Assembly (NCBI GenBank): GCA_964291285.2
Contig: OZ219787.1
Location: 576,001 to 640,000, forward strand
Reading direction: 5' to 3'
Length of the DNA: 64,000 nt
Source of the DNA: Alphaproteobacteria bacterium
GTDB lineage: Bacteria > Pseudomonadota > Alphaproteobacteria > Bin95
Position numbers and translations under genes: made by a program. Below are positions 38,601 through 51,981 of the stretch, in pieces; within the stretch, counting starts at the first letter, position 1, and every line of letters begins with the position of its first letter. The notes under the pieces are model-generated. The model saw only the letters and a program-made list of their open reading frames with translations, was not told the DNA's origin and made no database searches.

Positions 38601-39840
38601 AGCGCAGCGCATCCGCCGGGTCCTGCCGCGCGGCCCGCCAGCAGGGATAGAGCGGCGCCAGGATCGAAAGGACAAGACTCATCGCCACCACCGCCGCCAC
38701 CTCGGTCGAGTCCACCCTGGCCGGCAGCCGGGACAGGAAATAGATCTCCGCCTGGAACAGGTCGGTCCCGGTGAAGCCCTCGATCCACCGGCGGAGGCGC
38801 TCGATGTTCGTCGCGCAGACAAGGCCGAGACCGAAGCCGACGGCGGTGCCGATGATGCCGACGGACGAGCCCGTGAGGAAGAAAATGCGCATCATCGAGC
38901 CGCGCGTCGAGCCGATGGCTCGCAGGATGGCGATGTCGCGCGCCTTGTCCTTCACCAGCATGATCATACTGGAAAGGACGTTGAACGCCGCTACCATGAT
39001 GATGAGCGTGAGGATGAGGAACATCACGTTCCGCTCGACCTCGAGCGCGCTCACGAAGCTCGCATTTGACTGGCGCCAGTCGAACACCTGCACGCCGGGA
39101 TCGGTGGCCACGAGGATGCGTGCGCCGACATCGCGGACATCTTCCGGATCGGCGATCTTCACCTCGATATTGGTGATCCCGTCGCCGATCTTGAAGAAGC
39201 GCTGTGCCGTTTCCAGCGGCATATAGACGTAGCTGTTGTCGTATTCGTACATCCCGACATGGAAAGTCGCGAGCACACGGAACGCCTTGGTCCGGGGTAT
39301 GGCGCCGAACGGCCCGGCAGCGCTCTTCGGCGCCACCATGGAGATACGCCCGCCGGGCCCGACCCCGAGACGGGCGGCCAGCCGGTCACCGAGCACCACG
39401 CCGGAGGGGTCCCCGAACGCATCCAGCGCGCCGGATCGCAGATTGTCCGAAATGATCGCGAGCGAACGGAGGTCTTCCGCCCTGATGCCGCGCGCCAGCG
39501 CTCCCGACGCCACGCCCTCGCGCACGATCATCGCCTGCCCTTCCACGGAAGGATGGGCGCTCGTGACCCCTTCGACCGACCGCACCTGCCCGCTGAGCCT
39601 GTCGAAATCGCCGAGCGGCCCGCGGTCTATCGCCATCACCGCGATATGGCCGTTCAGTCCCAGAACGCGGTCGAACAGCTCGGCCCGGAAGCCGTTCATC
39701 ACCGCCATCACGACGATCAGCGTCGCGACGCCGAGCGCAATGCCGATCAGCGAAATGATCGCGGTCAGCGAGATGAACCCTTCCTGCCGCCGCGCGCGCA
39801 GATAGCGGAACGCGACGGTGCGCTCGAACGCCGAGAACAT
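38593..39840 (-). CDS. Lipoprotein-releasing ABC transporter permease (LolC/E)
   Basis: GVATLIVVMAVMNGF, VAAFNVLSS.IMLV.DK..DIAILR, DPADALRYE. Confidence 0.93.
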   Translation of the reverse strand: MFSAFERTVAFRYLRARRQEGFISLTAIISLIGIALGVATLIVVMAVMNGFRAELFDRVLGLNGHIAVMAIDRGPLGDFDRLSGQVRSVEGVTSAHPSVEGQAMIVREGVASGALARGIRAEDLRSLAIISDNLRSGALDAFGDPSGVVLGDRLAARLGVGPGGRISMVAPKSAAGPFGAIPRTKAFRVLATFHVGMYEYDNSYVYMPLETAQRFFKIGDGITNIEVKIADPEDVRDVGARILVATDPGVQVFDWRQSNASFVSALEVERNVMFLILTLIIMVAAFNVLSSMIMLVKDKARDIAILRAIGSTRGSMMRIFFLTGSSVGIIGTAVGFGLGLVCATNIERLRRWIEGFTGTDLFQAEIYFLSRLPARVDSTEVAAVVAMSLVLSILAPLYPCWRAARQDPADALRYE

Positions 39841-41156
39841 CAGGCGAGCCGCGCCAATGCCGACTCCACCGAAATCTCCTCGCGCTCGCCGGTGGCGCGG
39901 CATTTAAGCTCGACGCTTCCCTTGTCGAGGCCGCGCGGGCCGACGATCACCTGCCAGGGCAGGCCGATCAGGTCCATGTCCGCGAACTTCACCCCGGCCC
40001 GCTCCGAACGGTCGTCATAGAGCGGTTCGCGATGGGCAAGCCTGGCATAGAGGTCGTCGCAGGCGCTGTCGCAGCGCGTATCGCCCTGGCGCAAATTCAC
40101 GATCCCGACTCCGTAGGGCGTGACCGATTCCGGCCAGACGATGCCCTGCTCGTCGTGGCTGGCCTCGATCACCGCGCCCGCCAGCCGCGAAACGCCGACG
40201 CCGTAGGAGCCCATATGCACCGGAACCTCTTCGCCCCCGGCGGATGTGACGCTGGCGCCCAGCGGTTCGGAATATTTGGTGCCGAAATAAAAGATGTGGC
40301 CGACCTCGATGCCGCGCCCGACATAGCGCCGTTCGGGCGGTACCCCGGCCTCGAAGGCGGCCTCGTCATGCTTCTCGTCGGTGCGCGCATAGGGCCGGGT
40401 GAACTCCTCGACCACGGCCCGGACCGCGTCCGGGTTCTCGTAATCGACCTCGCGGGCGAGCATGTCGAACTCCACGCAGTCCCGGTCGCACCAGACGCTG
40501 CTCTCCCCCGTGTCCGCGAGGATGAGGAACTCGTGGCTGAGATTGCCGCCTATGGGTCCTGACTCCGCTTCCATCGGCACGGCTTTCAGGCCGAGCCGGG
40601 CGAATGTCCGGAGGTAGGAGACGAACATCTTGTCGTAGGAGAGGCGCGCGGCTTCGAAGTCGAGGTCGAAGGAGTAGTTGTCCTTCATCAGGAACTCCCG
40701 CCCCCGCATCACGCCGAAGCGGGGCCGGACCTCGTCCCGGAACTTCCACTGGATGTGGTAGAGCATCTTGGGCAGATCGCGGTAGCTGCGGATATGGGTC
40801 GCGAAGATCTCGGTGATCTGCTCCTCGTTAGTCGGCCCGTAGAGCATGTCGCGGTCGTGCCGGTCCCGGATGCGCAGCATTTCCGGGCCATAATCGTCGT
40901 AGCGGCCGGAGCGACGCCAGAGGTCCGCCGACTGCACCGTCGGCATCAGCACCTCCTGGGCCCCCGCCCGGTCCTGCTCCTCGCGGACGACCTGCTCGAT
41001 CTTCTTCAGCACGCGGAAGCCGAGCGGCAGCCACGAATAGATGCCCGCCGAGGCCTGCTGGACCATGCCGGCGCGAAGCATGAGGCGGTGCGAGACGATC
41101 TGCGCCTCGGAGGGCACGTCCTTCAGGGTCGGCAGGAAAAGGCGGGTTCGGCGCAT
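39840..41156 (-). CDS. proS: Proline--tRNA ligase (short form)
   Basis: [36 protein letters not shown]. Confidence 0.97.
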   Translation of the reverse strand: MRRTRLFLPTLKDVPSEAQIVSHRLMLRAGMVQQASAGIYSWLPLGFRVLKKIEQVVREEQDRAGAQEVLMPTVQSADLWRRSGRYDDYGPEMLRIRDRHDRDMLYGPTNEEQITEIFATHIRSYRDLPKMLYHIQWKFRDEVRPRFGVMRGREFLMKDNYSFDLDFEAARLSYDKMFVSYLRTFARLGLKAVPMEAESGPIGGNLSHEFLILADTGESSVWCDRDCVEFDMLAREVDYENPDAVRAVVEEFTRPYARTDEKHDEAAFEAGVPPERRYVGRGIEVGHIFYFGTKYSEPLGASVTSAGGEEVPVHMGSYGVGVSRLAGAVIEASHDEQGIVWPESVTPYGVGIVNLRQGDTRCDSACDDLYARLAHREPLYDDRSERAGVKFADMDLIGLPWQVIVGPRGLDKGSVELKCRATGEREEISVESALARLA

Positions 41157-41219
41157 GGCTGGAGTGCTCGACTGACGGTCCCGGGAAGCGGCGCCAATCT
41201 ACCGCGTCCGCTTGAGCAT

Positions 41220-41774
41220 TCAACAGCCCGCCGGCGCAACCGCTTCGCGCATCCAGGGCGGATCGAGCGCCGCGATGCGGGCATAGACCGGGCAGCCGGG
41301 ATCGTGCGCGCCCGGCAGATAGCCGGTACTCATCAGGAATTCGCCGACGATCTCCCCGCCCATGAACTTGAAGGTCTTTCTGAACAGCCTGACCCAGTCT
41401 TCCTTCGGCAGAGGATGGTGCTTGTCGATCCAGGAGGCGAAGGATCCGTATTCGGACTGGATCGCGACGACACGGCGCGCATTTTCGATCACGGCAGCGA
41501 CCTTGAGACGGTTGCGGATGATTCGCGCATCCCCGAGCAGCCGCGTCCGGTCCTCCTCGTCGAAACCGGCGACGACCTTCGGATCGAAGCCTCGGAACGC
41601 CTCGAAGAACGCCGCCCGCTTCTTCAGGACCGTGAGCCAGGAAAGGCCCGCCTGGTTGATCTCCAGTGCCAGACGCTCGAACAGCACGGCATCATCGCGG
41701 GTCGGAAAGCCGTATTCCTCATCGTGATAGGGGCCGTGCCAGGGATGGCCGGGTGCAATGCTGCAATAGCTCAT
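41220..41774 (-). CDS. tag: DNA-3-methyladenine glycosylase I
   Basis: YHDEEYG, LEINQAGLSW, IIRNRLK, N-terminal Cys and C-terminal H...C Zn ligands. Confidence 0.92.
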   Translation of the reverse strand: MSYCSIAPGHPWHGPYHDEEYGFPTRDDAVLFERLALEINQAGLSWLTVLKKRAAFFEAFRGFDPKVVAGFDEEDRTRLLGDARIIRNRLKVAAVIENARRVVAIQSEYGSFASWIDKHHPLPKEDWVRLFRKTFKFMGGEIVGEFLMSTGYLPGAHDPGCPVYARIAALDPPWMREAVAPAGC

Positions 41775-41781
41775 CGCGAGA

Positions 41782-42018
41782 TCACGGCTTGCGGAATGTC
41801 AGCCATTCGCTGTCGATCAGCAGGAAGGCAAGCAGGGTCAGCAGTCCGGCGACCACCGTGGTCACAGCTGCTTTCATGCCCAGCCTCGCCCTTTCCGGTG
41901 CACCGGGATCGTTGCCGCGCTCGACCTCGCGCGCCCGCCGGACGCCGACGGGTAGCGTCATGAAGAAAACCAGCCACCATACGATGACAAAGACGACGAC
42001 CCCGGACAGCCACGACAT
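41782..42018 (-). CDS. DUF1467 family small membrane protein
   Basis: WWLVFF.TLPVGV...G.DPGAP; conserved position after mce. Confidence 0.8.
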   Translation of the reverse strand: MSWLSGVVVFVIVWWLVFFMTLPVGVRRAREVERGNDPGAPERARLGMKAAVTTVVAGLLTLLAFLLIDSEWLTFRKP

Positions 42019-42422
42019 CAGGCCTGCTCGATCTCGATCAGCGTGCCGCAGAAGTCCTTCGGATGCAGGAACAGGACCGGTTTGCCATGCGCCCCGATTG
42101 CCGGCTCGCCGCTGCCAAGGACCCGGGCTCCCGATTCCTTCAGCGCGTCCCGGGCCGCCAGGATGTCGTCCACCTCGTAGCAGATATGGTGCATGCCGCC
42201 GGCGGGGTTCTTCTGCAGGAACCCCGCAATCGGGGACTCGTCGCCGAGCGGTTCCAGCAGTTCGATCTTCGTGTTCGGCAACTCGACAAAGACAACGGTC
42301 ACGCCATGGTCCGGCAAGGCTTGCGGAGCCGAGACATAAGCCCCCAGCGCACCCCTGTAAGCGCAGGCTCCCGCCTCCAGGTCCGGCACGGCAATGGCGA
42401 CATGGTTCAGGCGGCCGATCAT
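42018..42422 (-). CDS. mce: Methylmalonyl-CoA epimerase
   Basis: [36 protein letters not shown]. Confidence 0.95.
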   Translation of the reverse strand: MIGRLNHVAIAVPDLEAGACAYRGALGAYVSAPQALPDHGVTVVFVELPNTKIELLEPLGDESPIAGFLQKNPAGGMHHICYEVDDILAARDALKESGARVLGSGEPAIGAHGKPVLFLHPKDFCGTLIEIEQA

Positions 42423-44104
42423 CGCGAATGTCCTCCATCGATGCGCATGACATGGACCTCGACAAGCGGCCGGCGGTTGTACTGCTCCCGGACATGCCGG
42501 CGCATCGCCCTGCGAGCCGCTTCTTCCACCGTACCGTCGTCGCGGCGCTGGATGCCGGTCAGCCTTCCGATAGCCTGGTTGCAACGGCTGACCAGTTCGG
42601 AGGCAAGGTCCACGACCTCGTCCTCGGCCACAATGCCCCGGCTGGATACCGACGGCTCGACAAGAGTCCTGCCTCCGCCGTTCAGCACGATCGACGCCGT
42701 GACGACGCCCTGTTCCGAAAGGCGCCGCCTCGCCCGGACATGTTCCGATTCGAGCGGCACCAGACGACCGCCGTCCAGTCCGAGTCGCCCTACCCGAACG
42801 TCGCCGAGACGCTCCACCCTGTCCCCGGCAATCCGCAACAGCACGCCGTCCTCGATCTCGGCAACAGTCCCGACACCGCACTCGCGCGCGAGTTCCGCAT
42901 GGGCGCGAAGGTGGTGCAATTCGCCATGGACCGGAACCGCTGCCTTCGGCCTTATCCACTCATACATGCGCCGGAGTTCTGCCCGGCCCGGATGCCCCGA
43001 TACATGCACGAATGCGTCCCTGGAAGTCACAATCTCGACGCCCATTCGCAGGAACCGGTCCCGCAGTCTGGCGACGCCCCGCTCATTGCCGGGAATGGTA
43101 CGGGACGAGAAGACCAGCGTGTCGCCGCTCTCCAGCGCAACATGCGGATGGGAGCCGGACGCGATCCGCGCAAGGGCGGCGCGCGACTCTCCCTGGCTCC
43201 CCGTGCAGATCATCGCCGTGTTGGAACGCGGCAGGTAACCGGCATGTTGCTCCGATACGAAGGCAGGAATATCCGCCAGATAGCCGCACTGGCGGGCTAT
43301 GTCGTCCATGCGCTTCAACGACCGGCCCACCAGCGCCGTGGACCGTCCATTGGCACCGGCGGCCCGCGCCACTGTATCGAGCCGCGCCACGTTGCTTGCA
43401 AAACAGGCGAAGACGACACGGTTGCTTCGGGAGGCGATCAAGCTCGTCAGACTCTCCAGAAGATCCGCTTCCGAACCGCTTGCGCCGTCTATGGTGGCGT
43501 TGGTCGAGTCGCAGATCATCGCTGCGATGCCTTCATCCCCGAGACGGCGGAAGAGACTTTCGTCCACCGGCGCCCCGACGACCGGGCCGGGATCCAATTT
43601 CCAGTCTCCGGTATGGAAGACCGAGCCTGCCGCGGTGCGCAGCACGAGCGCGTTCGGCTCCGGAATGGAGTGGGCCAAAGGCAGATATTCGAGTTCGAAC
43701 GGCCCGACCGTAAAACGCACGCCCGGCTCGTGCTCGACGATGGGCACTTCGCCCTCGGCGCCTTCGTCCCGCAGCTTGCGGCGCAGGAAGGCGGCGGAAA
43801 ACGGCGTGACATGCACCGGCGCCCCCAGATCCGACCAGAGATGAGGAACGGCGCCTATATGATCCTCATGCGCGTGGGTAATGACGATCGCGTCGAGCCG
43901 ATTCCGAACCGCTTCGGCAGCGGCTGTATCCGGGACGATGACCTCGATTCCCGGTGTCATTTCGTCGCCGAACATGACGCCGAGATCGACCATGATCCAG
44001 CGTCCGGCATGTCCGTAAAGCGCACAGTTCATGCCGATGTCCCCGACGCCGCCCAGCGGGACGAACAGGATTTCGTCTGCGGCGGGAACCGGCAGGTGCA
44101 TCAC
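42419..44104 (-). CDS. rnj: Ribonuclease J
   Basis: [35 protein letters not shown]. Confidence 0.95.
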   Translation of the reverse strand: MMHLPVPAADEILFVPLGGVGDIGMNCALYGHAGRWIMVDLGVMFGDEMTPGIEVIVPDTAAAEAVRNRLDAIVITHAHEDHIGAVPHLWSDLGAPVHVTPFSAAFLRRKLRDEGAEGEVPIVEHEPGVRFTVGPFELEYLPLAHSIPEPNALVLRTAAGSVFHTGDWKLDPGPVVGAPVDESLFRRLGDEGIAAMICDSTNATIDGASGSEADLLESLTSLIASRSNRVVFACFASNVARLDTVARAAGANGRSTALVGRSLKRMDDIARQCGYLADIPAFVSEQHAGYLPRSNTAMICTGSQGESRAALARIASGSHPHVALESGDTLVFSSRTIPGNERGVARLRDRFLRMGVEIVTSRDAFVHVSGHPGRAELRRMYEWIRPKAAVPVHGELHHLRAHAELARECGVGTVAEIEDGVLLRIAGDRVERLGDVRVGRLGLDGGRLVPLESEHVRARRRLSEQGVVTASIVLNGGGRTLVEPSVSSRGIVAEDEVVDLASELVSRCNQAIGRLTGIQRRDDGTVEEAARRAMRRHVREQYNRRPLVEVHVMRIDGGHSR

Positions 44105-44877
44105 GAGGCGCTTCCGTTACGCCGGTGAACTTCCAGCAGGCCGCGAAGCGTCAGGTCGCTGTCTATGTGGTCGATAACGTCGGTTGCACCGGCAAACAGC
44201 GGAGCCAGACCGCCCGTGGCCACGACTGCCATGGGTTCGCCGGCCTCTTGCTCGATCCGCTGCACCACACCTTCGATCATGCTGACATAGCCCCAGAAAA
44301 CACCGGACTGCATGGCGGCAACTGTATTGCTGCCGACTACCCGTTCCGGCCGGCCGACCGCAATCAGCGGCAGCTTGGCGGCGGCCTGATGGAGAGCCTC
44401 CAGAGACAGGTTTACGCCGGGAGCGATAACGCCCCCGCAATAGTTGCCTGCAGTATCCACGACATCGAATGTCGTTGCGGTCCCGAAATCGATGACGATC
44501 AGCGGGCCGGGATAGGCGCTGTGCGCCGCAACGGCATTGACGATCCGGTCGGCTCCGACTTCCGACGGGTTATCGACCTTCAACGCCATCCCGAGATCGA
44601 TGCCGGGATCGCCGATGACGAGAGGAGACACACCGAAATAGCGCTGGCAGAGATGGCGCAGGTTGAACAGCGACGCCGGCACGACGGTCGCTACGATGCC
44701 TGCATCGACAGCCTCGGCATCGACACCTTCGAGGTCCATCAATTGCATCAGCCAAACGGCGTATTCGTCGGCGGTGCGGTGCGGATCGTTGCCCGCTCGC
44801 CACAGGCCCTTGCGGGTTTCGCCGTCGTAAACCGCGAAAACGATATTGGTGTTGCCGGCATCGATTGCGAGCAGCAT
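44101..44877 (-). CDS. coaX: Type III pantothenate kinase
   Basis: IDAGNTN, VGADR, DFGTATT. Confidence 0.95.
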   Translation of the reverse strand: MLLAIDAGNTNIVFAVYDGETRKGLWRAGNDPHRTADEYAVWLMQLMDLEGVDAEAVDAGIVATVVPASLFNLRHLCQRYFGVSPLVIGDPGIDLGMALKVDNPSEVGADRIVNAVAAHSAYPGPLIVIDFGTATTFDVVDTAGNYCGGVIAPGVNLSLEALHQAAAKLPLIAVGRPERVVGSNTVAAMQSGVFWGYVSMIEGVVQRIEQEAGEPMAVVATGGLAPLFAGATDVIDHIDSDLTLRGLLEVHRRNGSAS

Positions 44878-45608
44878 CAGGCCTCCAGCGGGAAAACTTC
44901 TCCGGCGGCAACGCGGCGTTCTACTCCGGCGGCGTCGCAGACGACAAGCGATCCGTTCTCATCCACCGTCCGCATCACCCCTTCCACGGCGCCCTGCCCC
45001 TCTCCGACCCGAACGGTGCGGCCGATCCAGGCCGCCCGCCCCAGCCACTCGTCGCGCATGGCGGGGAAACCGCCGACCAGCCATTGCCGGTAACGCTGCA
45101 GCACGGCTCCGACAACCCGCTCCAACGCCGTCTCCACCGGCATATCGGGGCCTATGCAGGTCGTCGGGCGGTCAAGCGCCGGCGCCCCGGCCAGATTGAG
45201 TCCGATGCCCACGGCCATCCAGTCCAGCCTGCCGCCTTCGGAACCCGCCTCGACGAGAATGCCGGCCAGCTTGGCATCTTCGACCAGAACATCGTTCGGC
45301 CACTTGATACACGCATCCGCCCCCCACTCCCGGGCACAATCCGCAACCGCGAGACCGGCCGCCAGGGCCATGGAGCCGGCTTCGGCAGGAGAGCGGTCGG
45401 GGTGCAGCAACAGGCTCACCATCAGATTGCCGTGCGGACCTGTCCAATTTCGTCCGCTGCGGCCCCGGCCACTCGGTTGTACCGCGGTCCAGACTGCAAG
45501 CGGTCCGCGCCGGCCCACTTCCACCAGGCGCCTTGCTTCGTCGTTTGTGCTTCCGAGAACCGAATAGGCGAACAGGTCAATGCCTGCCACCGACAGTTTC
45601 TGGTTCAT
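44877..45608 (-). CDS. birA: Biotin--[acetyl-CoA-carboxylase] ligase
   Basis: STN, GRGRSGR.W, KWPND, KLAGIL.E, GIGLN. Confidence 0.93.
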   Translation of the reverse strand: MNQKLSVAGIDLFAYSVLGSTNDEARRLVEVGRRGPLAVWTAVQPSGRGRSGRNWTGPHGNLMVSLLLHPDRSPAEAGSMALAAGLAVADCAREWGADACIKWPNDVLVEDAKLAGILVEAGSEGGRLDWMAVGIGLNLAGAPALDRPTTCIGPDMPVETALERVVGAVLQRYRQWLVGGFPAMRDEWLGRAAWIGRTVRVGEGQGAVEGVMRTVDENGSLVVCDAAGVERRVAAGEVFPLEA

Positions 45609-47041
45609 CCTGCGAACAATGTGCTGGCGGCGGTTCCGGCAAAATCGGTAATCGTCCATGGGACGACAACGAACAGGACGACCACTGCAGCACTCAAGCC
45701 CGCTACCACACCGATTTCCGAGGGCAGCGGGCGATCCATGTCTTCAACCGCCTCGTCGAAATACATCACCTTCACGATGCGCAGATAGTAATAGCAGCCA
45801 ACGACGCTCGCGAGCACACCGAAGACCGCCAGCGGCACCAGCCCGGCGTTTACGGCAGCCATGAACACGTAAAACTTGCCGAAGAATCCGGCAAGCGGCG
45901 GAATCCCTGCCATAGAGAACATGAGGGCGGCGAAAATTCCCGCCACCAACGGACGAGACTTCGAAAACCCGGCGAGATCGGAAATATTCTCGACTGCGCT
46001 TCCGTTCTGACGCATCGCCAGGATACAGGCGAAGACGCCAACATTCATGAAGAGGTATATGGCGAGATAAATCAGCACCGCGCGGACGCCTTCTTCGGTG
46101 CCCGTTGCAACGCCGACCAGCGCATAACCCACATGCCCGATGGACGAATACGCCATCAGGCGTTTGATGTTCTCTTGCGCAATCGCGGTAAAGGCGCCAA
46201 TCGCCATAGACAGGATCGCCACCACGACAATGATCTGTTGCCACTTGTCGGCAAGATCTCCGAAGGGCTCCATCAGGACGCGGACAAACAGGGCCAGGGC
46301 CGCAATCTTCGGCGCGACGGAAAACAGCGCCGTTACAGGTGTCGGGGCCCCTTCATAGACATCCGGAGTCCACATGTGAAACGGCGCAGCGGACACCTTG
46401 AAACAAAGGCCAGCCAGCAAAAACACCAACCCGACGACGAGGCCAAGAGAAGGCTCGCCGCCCCCGCCCACGGCGGCGGCAATCGCATCGAAGCCCGTTG
46501 CTCCAACGAAACCGTAAACCATCGTGCAACCGTAGAGCAGCATGCCCGACGAAAGCGCGCCAAGGACAAAGTACTTCAGCCCGGCTTCGCTCGAACGCAG
46601 GGTATCGCGACGAAAGGCAGCCAGCACATAGAGCGACAGGCTTTGCAACTCCAACCCGAGATACAACGCGATCAGGTCGTTGGCCGACACCATCATCAGC
46701 ATGCCGAGGGTCGCGAACAGGACCACGATCGGAAATTCGAAGCGGTCGAGTGACTCTCGCTCGTTGAATGTGAAGGACATGACGATGGCAAGCGCGCTAC
46801 CAAGCAGGACCAGAACCTTCACATAGACGGCAAATGCCCCGGTGACGAAAAGCCCGCCGAGGCCCACCACGCGGTCCGTCCCGCCCGCCAGCACGAGCAG
46901 GAGTGTGACCGCCAGGGACACGACGCAAAGCCAGGAGACCGTTCGACCCCGCTCCAGCCCGAATACGCCGGCCATAAGCAATGCCATGGCAAGGCATGCC
47001 AGAACGATTTCGGGAACGGCGAGGGCATAGGTCATATCCAT
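45605..47041 (-). CDS. nuoN: NADH-quinone oxidoreductase subunit N
   Basis: [32 protein letters not shown]. Confidence 0.96.
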   Translation of the reverse strand: MDMTYALAVPEIVLACLAMALLMAGVFGLERGRTVSWLCVVSLAVTLLLVLAGGTDRVVGLGGLFVTGAFAVYVKVLVLLGSALAIVMSFTFNERESLDRFEFPIVVLFATLGMLMMVSANDLIALYLGLELQSLSLYVLAAFRRDTLRSSEAGLKYFVLGALSSGMLLYGCTMVYGFVGATGFDAIAAAVGGGGEPSLGLVVGLVFLLAGLCFKVSAAPFHMWTPDVYEGAPTPVTALFSVAPKIAALALFVRVLMEPFGDLADKWQQIIVVVAILSMAIGAFTAIAQENIKRLMAYSSIGHVGYALVGVATGTEEGVRAVLIYLAIYLFMNVGVFACILAMRQNGSAVENISDLAGFSKSRPLVAGIFAALMFSMAGIPPLAGFFGKFYVFMAAVNAGLVPLAVFGVLASVVGCYYYLRIVKVMYFDEAVEDMDRPLPSEIGVVAGLSAAVVVLFVVVPWTITDFAGTAASTLFAG

Positions 47042-47045
47042 GGCT

Positions 47046-48575
47046 TCAATGACCTTTCGCCGCAACGGCCGCCGTTTCGCCCATTGCGTGCATGGCTGCC
47101 TGATGCTGGTCCACGAGGTTCTGCACGGACATCTGGATCGGATCAAGGAACGAAGACGGGTAGATCCCCATCCATAGCACCAGCACCACAAGCGGCGCGA
47201 ACACCGCGATCTCGCGCGGATTGAGATCCAGCATCGTCTGGAGCTCGACCCGCTCCAGCTTGCCGAAGATCACACGACGATAGAGGTACAGCATATAGGC
47301 GGCACCCAGAATGACACCCGTCGCCGCAAGGAAGCAGACCCAAGTGTTTACTTCGAACGCCCCAAGCAGCACCAGGAACTCCCCGACGAAACCGCTAGTG
47401 CCCGGCAGCCCGACAGATGCCAGGGTGAACACCATGAATACCGCCGCATAGGCAGGCATGCGGTGAACGAGGCCGCCGTAACGGGCAATTTCGCGCGTAT
47501 GCAGCCTGTCGTAAACGACCCCGACGCAGAGGAACAGCGCGGCCGATACAATGCCGTGGCTCAACATCTGGAAAATGGCACCGGCAATACCCTGGTTGGT
47601 CGCCGTGAAGATACCGATGGTCACGAAGCCCATATGCGCGACGGAAGAATAGGCGATGAGCTTCTTCATGTCTTCCTGCGCCAACGCCACCAGCGAGGTA
47701 TAAATCACGGCCACACAGCTCAGCACGAAGATCAGTGGAGTGAAAAACTCGCTCGCTTCCGGAAACATCGGCAGCGAAAACCGGATGAAGCCGTATCCGC
47801 CCATCTTTAACAGCACACCGGCCAGAATAACCGAGCCGGCGGTCGGCGCTTCGACATGCGCATCCGGCAGCCAGGTGTGTACAGGCCACATCGGGATCTT
47901 GACGGCAAAACTGGCAAAAAAGGCGATCCAAAGCCAAATCTGGAGGTCGGGAGCAAAGGAATAGACGAGCGCCTCGACAATGCTGGTGGAGCCTACCTCC
48001 AGATACACGGCCAAAAGGGCGAGGAGCATCAATACGGAGCCGAGCAGGGTAAAGAGAAAGAACTTGAACGCCGCGTAGATACGCCTGGCTCCCCCCCAGA
48101 CCCCGATAATGAGGAACATCGGGATCAGCACGCCCTCGAAGAAAATATAGAAGACAACGAGATCCAGGGCACAGAACATTCCGACCATGAGAGTCTCGAG
48201 GACCAGGAATGCAATCATGTACTCCTTTACCCGGACCTGAACGGCTGTCCAGCTGGAAAGAATGCATATTGGGGTCAGAAATGTAGAAAGCAAAACAAAG
48301 AACAGGGAAATACCGTCGATACCCATCCGGTATGCGATATTGAATTCCGGCAGCCACTCCACATGCTCTACGAATTGAAAGTCGGCAGTTCCCGGGTCGA
48401 ACCTGAACCAGAGAAACAACGACACAACGAAGGTCGCCAACGAGGTCCATAACGCGGCCATGCGCGCATTTCTGATCGCATCCTCACCCGTCCCACGGCA
48501 AAGCAGCAGGATCGCGAGTACGCCGACAAGCGGCAGAAAGGTAACGATCGAAAGCAGGCCGACTCCTGAGCTCAT
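47046..48575 (-). CDS. nuoM: NADH-quinone oxidoreductase subunit M
   Basis: [25 protein letters not shown]. Confidence 0.96.
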   Translation of the reverse strand: MSSGVGLLSIVTFLPLVGVLAILLLCRGTGEDAIRNARMAALWTSLATFVVSLFLWFRFDPGTADFQFVEHVEWLPEFNIAYRMGIDGISLFFVLLSTFLTPICILSSWTAVQVRVKEYMIAFLVLETLMVGMFCALDLVVFYIFFEGVLIPMFLIIGVWGGARRIYAAFKFFLFTLLGSVLMLLALLAVYLEVGSTSIVEALVYSFAPDLQIWLWIAFFASFAVKIPMWPVHTWLPDAHVEAPTAGSVILAGVLLKMGGYGFIRFSLPMFPEASEFFTPLIFVLSCVAVIYTSLVALAQEDMKKLIAYSSVAHMGFVTIGIFTATNQGIAGAIFQMLSHGIVSAALFLCVGVVYDRLHTREIARYGGLVHRMPAYAAVFMVFTLASVGLPGTSGFVGEFLVLLGAFEVNTWVCFLAATGVILGAAYMLYLYRRVIFGKLERVELQTMLDLNPREIAVFAPLVVLVLWMGIYPSSFLDPIQMSVQNLVDQHQAAMHAMGETAAVAAKGH

Positions 48576-48579
48576 GCCT

Positions 48580-50517
48580 CTAGAACCCCGCCGAGAACAG
48601 ATACCAGGAGACCAGGGCGACCACGCCTACCATCATCGCGAAAGCGTAATGGTAGATGTACCCGGACTGGAAAATGCTGGCGCGGCGAGCGAGTGCCCTG
48701 GTGACTGCGGCCAGTCCGTCCGGTCCGAAGCCGTCAATTAAGAAGCCGTCTCCGCCCTTCCAGCAGAGCCGGGCCAGAAACCTCGCCGGCCGCACGAATA
48801 CGACGTCGTAGATCTCGTCGAACCACCACTTGTTGAACGAGAGCTGGTATGCCGGCTCGAAATGCTTCCTGAGCGCGGCCGGGGCATCCGGCTTCTGGAT
48901 GTACATGTACCAAGCAACCAGAATACCGATCACCGCAGCCGCGAGCGGCAGCTTCTTGATGTACCAAGGAGCGTGGTACCCGTCCATCATTGCCGAATTC
49001 TGTTCCAAGATGAGGACGGACGTCCCCCAGAACCGGTCCCAGTCCTCGCCGACGAATGCGTCGACAAAAACGAACCCCGTCACGATCGCTCCAGCCGCAA
49101 GGATGTAGAGCGGCACCAGCATGACGGCCGGTGATTCATGGACATGCGCCATGACCTTTTCATCCGCACGAGGCGCGCCCATGAAGGTCATGAACAGGAG
49201 CCTCCAGGAATAGAAGGCCGTCATCACGGCGGCCAGAATTCCGAAGGTAAAAGCGTAGGCGCCGATGCTGCTATGCGCGCCCCAGGCGCTTTCCAGGATG
49301 GAATCCTTCGAGAAATAGCCGGAGAAGACCGGCAGTCCGGCAAGGGCGAACGAACCGATCCACATCAGGACATGGGTCTGCTTGACGTGTCGCCATATTC
49401 CACCCATGCGGCGCATGTCCTGCTCCCCCGACATGGCGTGAATGACGCTGCCGGCGCCCAGGAACAGCAGCGCCTTGAAGCAGGCATGGGTCATGAGATG
49501 GAAGATCGCCGCCGGATAGGCGGAAACACCGATGGCAAAGAACATGTAGCCGAGCTGGCTGCATGTGGAATAGGCGATCACCCGCTTTATGTCTGTCTGC
49601 GTCAGCGCGCAGGTCGCGGCGAAAAAGGCGGTTGTCGCACCGATGAAGGTAATGAAGGCCAGCGTGTCCGGTGCGAATTCGAACAGGGGCGACAGGCGCG
49701 CGCACATGAAGACGCCCGCCGTCACCATGGTCGCGGCATGGATCAGTGCGGATACAGGCGTCGGGCCTTCCATGGCATCGGGCAACCAGGTGTGCAGTCC
49801 GATCTGGGCCGATTTGCCCATCGCGCCGATGAACAGCAGGAAACACAGCAATTCGATGGCCGGCAGTTCCATGCCGAGGAAACTGACGTTTTCGCCGGCA
49901 TAGTCCGGAACGGCCGCGAAGATCGACGAAAACTGGACCGTTTCGAACACGAGCCAGATGCCGAATATTCCCAGCGCAAAGCCGAAGTCCCCCACCCGGT
50001 TCACAATGAACGCCTTGATGGCGGCGGCATTGGCCGCCGGGCGGTCGTACCAGAAGCCGATCAGGAGGTAGGAGCAGAGGCCGACGCCTTCCCAGCCGAA
50101 GAAGAGCTGCACGAGATTGTCGGCCGTCACCAGCATCAGCATGGAGAAGGTAAAGAGGCTCAGATAGGCCATGAACCGCGGCTTGTGCGGATCGTGGCTC
50201 ATGTAGCCGATCGAATACCAGTGGACGCAGGCCGACACGCCGTTGACGACCACCAGCATGACTGCGGAGAGCGTGTCGAAACGAAGCGTCCAGTGCGCCT
50301 CGAACCCGCCGGACCTGATCCAGTCAAGGACATGCACCGTTTCGGTAACGCCGCTGCCATAGGCGATGTCGATGAAGATGACGATCGAGCACGCTGCCGC
50401 CGCCGTCACAGCAAGGCATGTCACCAGCTGCGACGGACGGTCTCCCATAAGGCGTCCGAACAGGCCGACGACGATTGCCGCCAGAAGCGGGAGAAATATG
50501 GAGGCCAGATACAACAT
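48580..50517 (-). CDS. nuoL: NADH-quinone oxidoreductase subunit L
   Basis: [27 protein letters not shown]; TTG start. Confidence 0.96.
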   Translation of the reverse strand: MLYLASIFLPLLAAIVVGLFGRLMGDRPSQLVTCLAVTAAAACSIVIFIDIAYGSGVTETVHVLDWIRSGGFEAHWTLRFDTLSAVMLVVVNGVSACVHWYSIGYMSHDPHKPRFMAYLSLFTFSMLMLVTADNLVQLFFGWEGVGLCSYLLIGFWYDRPAANAAAIKAFIVNRVGDFGFALGIFGIWLVFETVQFSSIFAAVPDYAGENVSFLGMELPAIELLCFLLFIGAMGKSAQIGLHTWLPDAMEGPTPVSALIHAATMVTAGVFMCARLSPLFEFAPDTLAFITFIGATTAFFAATCALTQTDIKRVIAYSTCSQLGYMFFAIGVSAYPAAIFHLMTHACFKALLFLGAGSVIHAMSGEQDMRRMGGIWRHVKQTHVLMWIGSFALAGLPVFSGYFSKDSILESAWGAHSSIGAYAFTFGILAAVMTAFYSWRLLFMTFMGAPRADEKVMAHVHESPAVMLVPLYILAAGAIVTGFVFVDAFVGEDWDRFWGTSVLILEQNSAMMDGYHAPWYIKKLPLAAAVIGILVAWYMYIQKPDAPAALRKHFEPAYQLSFNKWWFDEIYDVVFVRPARFLARLCWKGGDGFLIDGFGPDGLAAVTRALARRASIFQSGYIYHYAFAMMVGVVALVSWYLFSAGF

Positions 50518-50537
50518 TCGCGTTCGACTGCCCCGCC

Positions 50538-50849
50538 TCAGCCCTTCATCAGATTGACGTCTTCGACGGCGATCGATCCGCGGTTGCGGAAATAGACCAC
50601 CAGGATCGCGAGGCCGATGGCGGCTTCGGCGGCCGCAACAGTGAGCACGAACATGGCGAAGACCTGCCCCGTCATGTCTTCGAGAAATCGGGAAAACGCG
50701 ACCAGATTGATGTTAACCGCGAGCAGCATGAGTTCGATCGACATCAGGATGATGATGACGTTCTTGCGGTTGAGAAAAATACCGAAGATGCCGAGCGTGA
50801 AGAGGATCGCGGCAAGGGTCAGATAGTGCGCAAGGCCGATTTCCAGCAT
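50538..50849 (-). CDS. nuoK: NADH-quinone oxidoreductase subunit K
   Basis: [19 protein letters not shown]. Confidence 0.96.
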   Translation of the reverse strand: MLEIGLAHYLTLAAILFTLGIFGIFLNRKNVIIILMSIELMLLAVNINLVAFSRFLEDMTGQVFAMFVLTVAAAEAAIGLAILVVYFRNRGSIAVEDVNLMKG

Positions 50850-51457
50850 TACCGGCCTCCCCTTGCCGGAACCTTGACGACCTCGATGGTATCTTCCCGC
50901 CGACGGTCGAGCTGCGTCGCGATCCGCTGCCTGTGGACCCCCGTACGTCTGCGGTGCGTAAGCACGATTGCACCGATCATGGCGACCAGCAGCACGAGAC
51001 CCGCAGCCTGGAAGAGATAGATGTAGTCGGTGTAGAGGACGTGGCCCAACGCATGTGTATTGGTCATTTTTTCGCCGGGAACCGGCAATGATGTCTTCCC
51101 GGCTCCCTCGGAAAGCACCCAGCTGCCGCCGACCAGCGCCAGTTCGGCGAGCAGCACCACTCCGACGACGGCGCCGACCGGCAGATATTGCAGGAAGCCT
51201 TCGCGCAGTTCCGCGAAGTTGATGTCGAGCATCATCACCACGAACAGGAACAGGACCGCCACGGCGCCGACATAAACCACCACCAGGAGCATCGCGAGGA
51301 ACTCGGCCCCCAACAGGACGAACAGGCCCGCCGCGTTGAAGAAGGCAAGAATCAGGAACAGAACCGAATGCACCGGGTTCCGGGATGAAATGACCATGAC
51401 TCCGGCGGCGGTCGCTACCGCTGCGAAGACATAGAACGCCAGTGCTTGAACGACCAC
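50849..51457 (-). CDS. nuoJ: NADH-quinone oxidoreductase subunit J
   Basis: [24 protein letters not shown]. Confidence 0.96.
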   Translation of the reverse strand: MVVQALAFYVFAAVATAAGVMVISSRNPVHSVLFLILAFFNAAGLFVLLGAEFLAMLLVVVYVGAVAVLFLFVVMMLDINFAELREGFLQYLPVGAVVGVVLLAELALVGGSWVLSEGAGKTSLPVPGEKMTNTHALGHVLYTDYIYLFQAAGLVLLVAMIGAIVLTHRRRTGVHRQRIATQLDRRREDTIEVVKVPARGGR

Positions 51458-51472
51458 TGCCTGCTCCCTGTC

Positions 51473-51961
51473 TCAGCGGTAAGGCGCGTCGAGGGCGAGA
51501 TTGTCGGCAAGCGACGCTTCCCAGCGGTCGCCGTTCGCGAGGAGCTTTTCCTTGTTGTACATGAGCTCTTCGCGCGTCTCCGTTGCAAACTCGAAGTTCG
51601 GGCCTTCGACGATGGCATCGACCGGACAGGCCTCCTGACAGAAGCCGCAATAGATGCACTTCGTCATGTCGATATCATAACGCGTCGTACGACGGCTGCC
51701 GTCTTCGCGCGGCTCCGCCTCAATGGTGATCGCCTGCGCGGGACAGATGGCTTCGCAGAGCTTGCAAGCAATGCACCGTTCCTCGCCGTTCGGATAGCGG
51801 CGCAAGGCGTGCTCGCCCCTGAAGCGCGGACTGAGGGGCCCTTTTTCGTAGGGGTAGTTCAGTGTCACCTTCGGTTTGAACATGTACTTCAGCGTGAGCC
51901 ACATGCCGGAAACCAGTTCCGTCAGCAGGAAGCTGCGCATGCCGCGGTCGAGAGCTGCCAT
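51473..51961 (-). CDS. nuoI: NADH-quinone oxidoreductase subunit I
   Basis: Two CxxCxxCxxxCP 4Fe-4S motifs. Confidence 0.97.
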   Translation of the reverse strand: MAALDRGMRSFLLTELVSGMWLTLKYMFKPKVTLNYPYEKGPLSPRFRGEHALRRYPNGEERCIACKLCEAICPAQAITIEAEPREDGSRRTTRYDIDMTKCIYCGFCQEACPVDAIVEGPNFEFATETREELMYNKEKLLANGDRWEASLADNLALDAPYR

Positions 51962-51981
51962 CGTTCAATACTCCCTGCGCT

